From Gammaproteobacteria bacterium (GTDB taxonomy: Bacteria; Pseudomonadota; Gammaproteobacteria; Eutrophobiales; Eutrophobiaceae): a stretch of DNA of 22,739 nucleotides. The stretch's first letter is position 1; each line of letters starts with the position of its first letter. The notes under the pieces were generated by a model that saw only the letters and a program-made list of their open reading frames with translations, searched no databases and had not been told where the DNA came from. The position numbers and the translations under genes were made by a program. The stretch covers positions 1 to 22,739 of the forward strand of contig CBDCTH010000003.1 in the NCBI GenBank assembly GCA_965222155.1, written 5' to 3'. Positions 16,138-22,739 of this stretch are shown piece after piece.

Positions 16138-16376
16138 TGACGTCTGTTGAAAATTTGATCTGCGCCCAAAACATGGGATTCATTAGCATACCGGCTTTGG
16201 CGCCATATGTCAAATATTGTGGGGGCGTTACGTCCGTCAGCGCGCCGTCCATACCGCCGTCTATACCACCGGCCACACCGCCATCCACACCGCCCTCAAG
16301 CAGTCCGGCATACGGCGACGGCCGATCAAACACGTACACGGATGGCCGTGGTAACAGGTACGTTGAAGGGCGATGA
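16137..16376 (+). CDS. Small Pro/Ser-rich hypothetical protein
   Basis: TAATG coupling at 16135-16139; PPS/PPA repeats. Confidence 0.6.
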   Translation: MTSVENLICAQNMGFISIPALAPYVKYCGGVTSVSAPSIPPSIPPATPPSTPPSSSPAYGDGRSNTYTDGRGNRYVEGR

Positions 16377-16402
16377 CATGCGTATATAGGCATATGTGAT
16401 GC

Positions 16403-18853
16403 TTAAGGAGTCGTCGCGGTTATGTCTTCGTTCAGGTTAACGTCTATCGTGTTTCTGACTGATATGCCCATATAACCCCATACGGACACGCCGTCAGACA
16501 AAATTTTCCTTAAAGTGACCCTGTTGATTTTGGCAAAATCTCGGTAAAACTCGTTGCGGGTTATGTCCTGCGTGTGTCCCATTTGATCCTGCCACCATTC
16601 CCACCTTGACAGGACTTCACTCGCCGGAGTGCGGTCTGTCTTGTTTTGTATTATAAAATGCGCGGAAAATAGCCTTATCCTGTTGCCTAGGGCATCCCAG
16701 ATGCGCATAGTCCTTTTGTAATCAAGCGGCAATCTGGTCGTTCCGGTGGTTGCCATCGTATGGGCTATGCGGAGTATATGCGAGAGACAGCGTCCGTACT
16801 CTTCTTTTGGCACTTTTATGTTGACGTAGCCCTTTATCTCCTCTTTGGTGTGTCTCTTTCGTGACTCTGCCTGTATGATATGCGTCCTGTCGTATATGGC
16901 CTCCGCATCGTTCTTGTCGATGATCTCGTACAGCGTATTGGCGGAGAACATGACGCGGCTCCGGGGATAATACCTTTCTGGCTGCTCGTATATCGCCCTG
17001 TCAGTGAATCCTTCCTGGGATATGAACCTCTTTAGGGCCGATATCTGCTGCACACCTGTTGAGTGCATGTCACCGTCAACCAATAATCGCCCTGACGCGG
17101 CCCGTATCCTGGTGGTCGGATCAGACGTCAAGTCATGGATCGTGGAAAAATGCACCATATCCTCGCCAAACATATTCTGCACGAGCTTGATTATCTGGCT
17201 TTTTCCCGTACCCGCAGGCCCCAGCAGCCCGAGCTGAAAGTCTATGCCGTTATACGGGTATAGGCAGGTAGCGATAAAATCTTCCAGAAATGTGATATCG
17301 TCCGTATCCATCATGGCATTAAGGAACTTGCGTATCTCGGGATGCGGGCCGGGGCCGTATTGGTGCGGCAGCATATCCTGGCACAAGTCGGACGACTCGA
17401 ACCTGCCTTCGTGGAATTTGCCTGCCCGTATGTCATATGTTCCGTTTTGCATGCAGACCATGTGGCTTTTTGCCATTATGTCACGGGCATAAATGACGGG
17501 GCATATAGCCGCGATCTTGGCCATCACCTCTGAGACATCACTGCGCGTGACCTCGGGAAGCAGCCTTTCTATTTTGGCCGCAAGGAACTGCGTCGTATGG
17601 ATGGAATGACAGAATCCGTCAAAGTGAGACAGTCCGCCGGTGGCGCCCCGACGGGATATGTCATGCCTGGCTATAAGATATGCCGCGGCCTCACCGTACT
17701 GCTTTCTGTCCAGCGTTATGCTCATTTTTCGTCGCCCGTATTCGGCGCACATGTTTTGCCGCAGGTCTCGTACGAAATCATCCGCAAGTGCCGCCTGTAT
17801 CGCCTCGTCTAGCTCCTTTTTGCCCTCCTTGCGGACGTCTTTCCACCTGCCGAGCTCTGACGTAATCTCGCTTTTTCTCACCATGCCCAGACGCGACACT
17901 GCATATTTTACGAGCCATATGGCGCAGGAGACGGGGGAGTCGCCCGATCCGGCGGACGTCATCTCTTGGTACGACGCGTCCCGTTGGGCATCCTGTCCGG
18001 CTTTGACGTATTTTACGGCCTGTTCGGCAATGTCGTCTATTCGCTTGGCGCCGTATCCCGGCTCGGTATAACTGCTGGCAAACCATGCGGCGACTGTGCG
18101 AAAAAATCCGTCATCAAGATGCAGATCGGAGGTCCGCGCGGCAATCGAGTCCACGAACCGTAATATGCTCTCACTCCTATTGTGGCCCTTTGGCGTGACG
18201 CTCACGAGCAGGTCAGCGACGGATTTTTTTGACTTTACGATGCCGGGCATGGTGTCCATTTTGTCCTGTATCTTGTTTCCGTTCATTATACCCGGTATGT
18301 CAAGCCCGAGAAACCTGTATTGCGTACCGTCGACGTGGAGTGACGGCGCGCCAAACATCACGCCGTTTCCTATTTTTACCTCTATCGCGAGACCTGATTG
18401 TGATGCCGCCCGGGGTTGCAGACGGCTGTCGCCCTTTGTAAAGAACTCCCAATGGTAAAGGCCAGACTCTCCATGCGTCTCTAGCGCGTGTTTTTTTGAC
18501 TGTTCTTGCGGGTCTGGAAGCAGCCATGACACGGCAGCTGCATCATCCATGTCCACGCTGCAATATGTCAGGGATGGGTCACGATGCCATGCAGGGCCGG
18601 TTATGCGCATTATGCCCAAATCGAATCTCCCTTCGCGCTTCCATCGGTCGTGCAGATCTTGCGGTATGGGGGACTTTGTCCATTCCTGCCAAGGCTCCGG
18701 CAAGGCGTGTTTTGGGATTATCTTCCCCTTGTGCATCTGGCAGCCGTTGCTTGGGACGCAATTGATGCCCCAGACATAACGGTAATGATCGGCCCATTCA
18801 TTGGGCGTGCGGGTGGGAATGGCTGGGGCGGCGTCCCCGGTATTTTGCGTCAA
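16403..18853 (-). CDS. Bifunctional primase-polymerase (PrimPol/AEP) fused to D5/P4-like SF3 helicase
   Basis: N-terminal VDMDD, G.YH and APSLH.DG..Y; D5_N-like QNGTYD; Walker A GPAGTGKS and motif C FSAN. Start moved to TTG 18853, which overlaps the MTase stop (TTGA). Confidence 0.9.
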   Translation of the reverse strand: MTQNTGDAAPAIPTRTPNEWADHYRYVWGINCVPSNGCQMHKGKIIPKHALPEPWQEWTKSPIPQDLHDRWKREGRFDLGIMRITGPAWHRDPSLTYCSVDMDDAAAVSWLLPDPQEQSKKHALETHGESGLYHWEFFTKGDSRLQPRAASQSGLAIEVKIGNGVMFGAPSLHVDGTQYRFLGLDIPGIMNGNKIQDKMDTMPGIVKSKKSVADLLVSVTPKGHNRSESILRFVDSIAARTSDLHLDDGFFRTVAAWFASSYTEPGYGAKRIDDIAEQAVKYVKAGQDAQRDASYQEMTSAGSGDSPVSCAIWLVKYAVSRLGMVRKSEITSELGRWKDVRKEGKKELDEAIQAALADDFVRDLRQNMCAEYGRRKMSITLDRKQYGEAAAYLIARHDISRRGATGGLSHFDGFCHSIHTTQFLAAKIERLLPEVTRSDVSEVMAKIAAICPVIYARDIMAKSHMVCMQNGTYDIRAGKFHEGRFESSDLCQDMLPHQYGPGPHPEIRKFLNAMMDTDDITFLEDFIATCLYPYNGIDFQLGLLGPAGTGKSQIIKLVQNMFGEDMVHFSTIHDLTSDPTTRIRAASGRLLVDGDMHSTGVQQISALKRFISQEGFTDRAIYEQPERYYPRSRVMFSANTLYEIIDKNDAEAIYDRTHIIQAESRKRHTKEEIKGYVNIKVPKEEYGRCLSHILRIAHTMATTGTTRLPLDYKRTMRIWDALGNRIRLFSAHFIIQNKTDRTPASEVLSRWEWWQDQMGHTQDITRNEFYRDFAKINRVTLRKILSDGVSVWGYMGISVRNTIDVNLNEDITATTP

Positions 18854-19626
18854 TATAACCTCGCCTGCTTCTTGATTTTGGCTATCCTGTCCTCTGCCAT
18901 CTTGACGTATTTTGCCGACTGCTCTATCCCTATCCAGTCCAGGCCCGCCATCTCGGCGGCGACCGCGGTAGTGCCGCTGCCCATGAACGGATCCAGCACA
19001 ATCCCCTCCTTGGCGGCCCGAACGCACTTGGACGCTAATTCGACCGGAAACGGGGCCGGGTGAGGGTTCTTGAAATCCTGCCGAACTCTCCAAACACAGC
19101 CCATTCCGCTGACTTTAGGAGGCAGCCGAAACTTGGGCCCCGCGATAAAGTACAACACCTCGTAGTCGGGAAGGAAATGCGTGGGGTTGAAGTCTATCCC
19201 GCCGTGACGGTGCCATATTATTATCTGGCGTACAGGAAATCCGTGCGTTATATCGGAGCGATCTTGCAACAGGCCGCACATAGTGAGCCACTTGTGGTTG
19301 TAAAATATCGCGCCGTCGGGCCGCAGCAGCCGCATCATCTCGTTCAGACATTCGCGCTGCCATGCCACGTATTCGGCATGCGGCATGCAATCGTCGTAAC
19401 CGTCGTATCTTTTTCGCAACCCGGTCTTGGGCCACTTCTTGTTGCCGGATTTGGTGGTGACGCTTATGCCGCCGCTGCGGTTGTAAGGCGGGGACGTGAC
19501 TACCAATTTGATCGACTCGTCCGGCATCTGCCGCATTACATCAAGGCAGTCTCCGTGGACGACGCGCCCAATTTTCAAATCAATCATATGGGCGTGTGTT
19601 TTGAATTGAACTGACATGACTATCAT
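18850..19626 (-). CDS. Beta-class N4-cytosine/N6-adenine DNA methyltransferase, orphan
   Basis: GDCL, TSPPY, HPAPFP and DPFMGSGTT, with motif IV before motif I. Confidence 0.95.
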   Translation of the reverse strand: MIVMSVQFKTHAHMIDLKIGRVVHGDCLDVMRQMPDESIKLVVTSPPYNRSGGISVTTKSGNKKWPKTGLRKRYDGYDDCMPHAEYVAWQRECLNEMMRLLRPDGAIFYNHKWLTMCGLLQDRSDITHGFPVRQIIIWHRHGGIDFNPTHFLPDYEVLYFIAGPKFRLPPKVSGMGCVWRVRQDFKNPHPAPFPVELASKCVRAAKEGIVLDPFMGSGTTAVAAEMAGLDWIGIEQSAKYVKMAEDRIAKIKKQARLY

Positions 19627-19636
19627 TACCCAGATT

Positions 19637-19975
19637 TTATGTATGCTGGCTTGAGCGATTTCTTGACATTTTAGTCAAGAGCACCAACCGGCTAAATCGC
19701 TCGTCGTCTTTGATGTGTTGCATGATCGACACTAGCCTGTGGCATGTGTGACAAAGCAGACAAAACCTGCCGGGATCTGCAAGTATCACAGGATGCACGT
19801 ATTCTGCATAGTCATACCAGTTGGTAAAATCAGAGTGTTTTTTGTCTGTTCGCAGGTATACGATATGGTGAAACTGGAATTGTTTGCCGTATGCCTTGTG
19901 ACACACGTAACACCGATTATGGTATAACTGGGCCGCCTGCTGTCGGAGCCGTTGTATGTCATGCTTTCTAGTCAT
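19637..19975 (-). CDS. HNH-like Zn-binding nuclease
   Basis: CYVC...FHHI...LLCHTCH; the usual central Asn is not evident. Confidence 0.7.
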   Translation of the reverse strand: MTRKHDIQRLRQQAAQLYHNRCYVCHKAYGKQFQFHHIVYLRTDKKHSDFTNWYDYAEYVHPVILADPGRFCLLCHTCHRLVSIMQHIKDDERFSRLVLLTKMSRNRSSQHT

Positions 19976-20550
19976 GTGTCTTTATTTCTCCATATCTCCA
20001 GGATGCGACGTTTCGGACTGATTGTCTTTTTGGGTTGATTGTGCCGTTTATGGGCCGCGTAGTATTTGCGCTGGTATGCGGCGATCCGCTCTTTGTTTTT
20101 CTGGTAATACCCGTGTCCCTGCTCGATCATTTGTTTTTTGGTGTCTTGGTAGTACTTGCGGCGGTATTCGGTGATCCGTTTCTTGTTGATTTGGGCGTAC
20201 TTGCGCATATATTCGGCGAGCTGTTTCTTGTGGTCTAGGTAATACTTGTGCTGGTATTCGGCAATCTGTTTCTTGTGGCTTTGTTGATACTTGAGCATGT
20301 GTTTGGATATTTGCTCTTTGTGGGTCTGTCGGTACTTGTTCGCACGTTCGGCGATCTGTTCTTTGTGGGTCTGCCTGTACTTGCTCACATATTTAGCGAC
20401 CTGCTTCTTGTGAGTCTGGTGGTATCTTCTCCAATATTCGGCGAGCTGTTTCTTGTGGGTTCGGCGGTATTCACGTTGGTATTTGATTAATTGTTCCTTA
20501 TGTGTATTATAATACTTACGATTTCGTTCGGCTTTTTGTTGACGGTTCAT
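19972..20550 (-). CDS. Basic helical protein with ten tandem 15-aa repeats (HKxQ(I/L)xxYxxxYxxx)
   Basis: 45-bp periodicity visible in the DNA; ATGA coupling to the HNH-like ORF. Confidence 0.85.
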   Translation of the reverse strand: MNRQQKAERNRKYYNTHKEQLIKYQREYRRTHKKQLAEYWRRYHQTHKKQVAKYVSKYRQTHKEQIAERANKYRQTHKEQISKHMLKYQQSHKKQIAEYQHKYYLDHKKQLAEYMRKYAQINKKRITEYRRKYYQDTKKQMIEQGHGYYQKNKERIAAYQRKYYAAHKRHNQPKKTISPKRRILEIWRNKDT

Positions 20551-20578
20551 GTTACAAAAAAAAAGAAGGGATGCCCGA

Positions 20579-20914
20579 TTATTTCAGGGCGATTTGGTTG
20601 ACTTTGATGTGTCTGTACGTTCCCGAGCCGTCTATCTGCAACGGGATTTTTTGCCCAATCCATTTGCCGGAATCATTGCCAAACTTGCGCAAAAGCTCGT
20701 TGCTTGACATGGGGTTCATAGTCCATTTGGAGGGATCTCCGGGCTGTTGTCTGTCATATGTCACGGGCACTTGGTATTTTTTCTTTGTTACTCCGTCGTA
20801 TGTCAGTTCTACTTCTGTTACCTCACCTGCAATCGTGACCCAGCTTATTCCACGGTCTGCCAGGAATGCCGGTGTTAGGTAGTTTCCTTTTTCGACTTTC
20901 TCTTCTACAATCAT
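20579..20914 (-). CDS. Phage-type protein, putative ssDNA-binding (OB-like)
   Basis: N...L..KFGND...WIGQKI.L pattern; GAGGTGA SD upstream; heads the replication operon. Function is inferred. Confidence 0.6.
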   Translation of the reverse strand: MIVEEKVEKGNYLTPAFLADRGISWVTIAGEVTEVELTYDGVTKKKYQVPVTYDRQQPGDPSKWTMNPMSSNELLRKFGNDSGKWIGQKIPLQIDGSGTYRHIKVNQIALK

Positions 20915-21004
20915 TTTTTCGTATTCACCTCACTTGTTATGATGTATGTATTGTATATATGTCTTTTTATTTTATTATGCAAAAATAAAAGGACGGTACT
21001 TTCG

Positions 21005-21244
21005 TCACGCGGGCTTACTCATGCCGAACATATGGTTTTGATGGGTTTCTAACAGATTTTTCGCCCATGCTACGGCCACGTCATACTCATGCTGCTGTTT
21101 TTTTGTTGCCGGTTGGTTTGTCATGCACATATCTGCCAAAGTCTCGATGCATTCAGCGCATTCAACCTCCCATGGCCGATATGTATCGTATATCTCTGAT
21201 AGCTTAGTTATGTATGTCTTTAATTTCGGGATGTCAGTTGCCAT
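21005..21244 (-). CDS. Hypothetical protein (MATDIPK...)
   Basis: Start moved to ATG 21244, about 25 nt below TATATATA; T-rich run after the stop. Confidence 0.65.
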   Translation of the reverse strand: MATDIPKLKTYITKLSEIYDTYRPWEVECAECIETLADMCMTNQPATKKQQHEYDVAVAWAKNLLETHQNHMFGMSKPA

Positions 21245-21257
21245 GTATAACAAGAAC

Positions 21258-21599
21258 CTAACTGTCATATATATACATACGTGGATTTCGCTCCATGTTT
21301 GGATACCTGCCAAAGATCAGTTCTGCCTTGCGTAACCGTAGTTGGGCCCGTATGTGATCGGTCATCGTCCAGTAGGGATAGAACCATTTGCATGGGTCCA
21401 GGATAAAATCCGGACGAAACGTGCTGTTCCAGTCGATCTGCTTGGGTTCATAGAACCAATCATAGAACTCGTCTGCGTCTTCGCTCTCCCAACCCATGTT
21501 AAAAAACCCCACCGGATGCCCGGCTCGCACTATCGACTCAAGATCATGCGTGGTGATCAGGCCGGTAATAAGTCTGCGAACAATCTTGGTATACCGCAA
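21258..21599 (-). CDS. Hypothetical protein
   Basis: 113-aa ORF co-oriented with its neighbours; no motif recognised. Confidence 0.4.
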   Translation of the reverse strand: MRYTKIVRRLITGLITTHDLESIVRAGHPVGFFNMGWESEDADEFYDWFYEPKQIDWNSTFRPDFILDPCKWFYPYWTMTDHIRAQLRLRKAELIFGRYPNMERNPRMYIYDS

Positions 21600-21654
21600 G
21601 GCATGTGGTCAGATCAGCGGCGATGTTTAACTTAGCAGCGGCGGCAGGATTTTT

Positions 21655-22461
21655 TTAAATTGCTTGTTTTTCAAATCGTGCATTTTCGAACTGCATCTTA
21701 TATAATTTTTGTATAGTTTGCTTTGTCATGGGGTTTGGTTTAGGATATTCGCTATATGTTTTACCATTAATCGTTCTACCCCCTGATTTGGGTCTGACTC
21801 CGCCCCATTGTTTGAAAAACACTTTGACGTTTTGTTGTTTACACTGTTCAATTAAATTCTGAATCCATTCCTTTTCTACCGGCCTATAATGATGACCGCT
21901 TTCCCCTCCAATAATAGCCCAGTCTATTTTAGATAGATTTACTTTGTAGATCTCTTCTAAGAGCGGCTCAAAGCTGATGAACCTTACATGACATTTTACA
22001 TCACGCAGCTCCTGAATCCTCTCAGTGGTGTTATTGTTCTCAACACTGGTCCCCATCCAGATATGGTTGGGGATTTGAAAGCCAAAATACGACTTGAATA
22101 GTTCTGAAAATTCTGCCATTTTTTCAGGACGTTTTGTCAAAACCTGGTAGATGTGCCAATCTGCCTTAACCATCGTGTCAAAACAACTTGCAATAAACTC
22201 CATTTCGGCTTCCTCATGGAATAGATCAGACATGCTGTTTACGAAAATTTTGCGTGGCTTTTTCCACCTTAGTGGTAAGCCTACTTCGTCCTCATGCCGC
22301 GTAAATTGAAAATCATTTTTGTATTTCTTGATACCCATGGCCTTTAGTCTTTTTGACAGTGTTTCAGCATAACAATTTTTACAGCCCGGCGATATTTTGG
22401 TGCAGCCTGTGGTAGGATTCCATGTGGCTTCGGTCCACTCGATTGTAGAATTATTAGCCAT
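21655..22461 (-). CDS. DUF5131 / phage Gp37-Gp68 family protein
   Basis: IEWT..TWNP.TGCTKISPGCKNCYA, IFVNSMSDLFH, LTKRP, SFEPLL, IIGGESG and FFKQWGG. Confidence 0.95.
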   Translation of the reverse strand: MANNSTIEWTEATWNPTTGCTKISPGCKNCYAETLSKRLKAMGIKKYKNDFQFTRHEDEVGLPLRWKKPRKIFVNSMSDLFHEEAEMEFIASCFDTMVKADWHIYQVLTKRPEKMAEFSELFKSYFGFQIPNHIWMGTSVENNNTTERIQELRDVKCHVRFISFEPLLEEIYKVNLSKIDWAIIGGESGHHYRPVEKEWIQNLIEQCKQQNVKVFFKQWGGVRPKSGGRTINGKTYSEYPKPNPMTKQTIQKLYKMQFENARFEKQAI

Positions 22462-22633
22462 TGTAAATACCTAGTTCGGATTTAAAATTGGTCACTTTTA
22501 CTATACTGATTTTTACTATATTAAAACTTATCTAAAATGGTAATCGGATCATTGTGGCCATTACGCATAAGACGCATTTGCGTCGAAGTGCGCGGCAATG
22601 GTAAGAAATAATACCCCGGATCAAGCGTAGGAT

Positions 22634-22739
22634 ATGATGGGCAAGCGACCAGTAGTAGTACAAATCAACCCGGATGTCCTGAGGTGGGCTATGGCATCGT
22701 CAGGATGGGATGCCAGAGAGCTGTCCGAGAAGACCAAAA
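22634..22739 (+). CDS. Partial XRE-type HTH protein (N-terminus like ImmA/IrrE-HTH fusions)
   Basis: MMGKRPVVVQINPDVLRWAMASSGWDARELSEKTK, open to the window end. Confidence 0.6.
   Translation, partial: MMGKRPVVVQINPDVLRWAMASSGWDARELSEKTK

Larger units (their letters stand above)
1..21600. mobile_element. Archaeal (probably Nitrososphaerota) virus/provirus or virus-like MGE segment; boundaries not determined
   Basis: PrimPol-SF3 helicase, phage-type exonuclease, three orphan MTases, HNH-like gene, adhesin-like gene and dense small-ORF arrays; PCNA and tmk lie outside any housekeeping context. No att site, integrase or capsid gene seen. Confidence 0.75.

Noticed and set aside
15273-16169. 298-aa minus-strand ORF and other long antisense ORFs (e.g. 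9881-10507, 19060-19614)
   Set aside because: Shadows of well-supported opposite-strand genes, with no motifs of their own.
18854-19093. First 80 aa of the 896-aa ORF call
   Set aside because: Overlaps the MTase gene in another frame; the TTG at 18853 gives a standard TTGA coupling.

Overview
This window looks like part of an archaeal virus or provirus/MGE with a Nitrososphaerota (thaumarchaeal) host. Host evidence is an archaeal PCNA, a thaumarchaeal-type thymidylate kinase, a thaumarchaeal-type Zn-finger protein, TATA boxes about 25 nt before start codons and T-run terminators. From left to right: (i) 1-4345, an early-type region of small, translationally coupled ORFs, including seven paralogues of an uncharacterised 'A(A/S)SWDEA' family. 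Two of its operons fire divergently from a mirror-duplicated promoter around a 13-6-13 palindrome, and the region is interrupted by PCNA and an ori-like AT-rich/iteron block. (ii) tmk, a C5 MTase, a Dam-like MTase and a PD-(D/E)XK exonuclease, followed by a possible hairpin ncRNA. (iii) A tail/adhesin-like module (LamG plus CBM-like repeats), Zn-finger microproteins, a papain-like protease next to an apparently dead paralogue, and small membrane proteins. (iv) A minus-strand replication operon: SSB-like protein, 15-aa repeat protein, HNH-like protein, beta-class MTase and PrimPol-SF3 helicase. (v) An AT-rich DUF5131 gene and a partial XRE gene, possibly outside the element. No capsid, terminase, integrase, RT or CRISPR array is visible. 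All family calls come from motifs recognised by eye, not from database searches.
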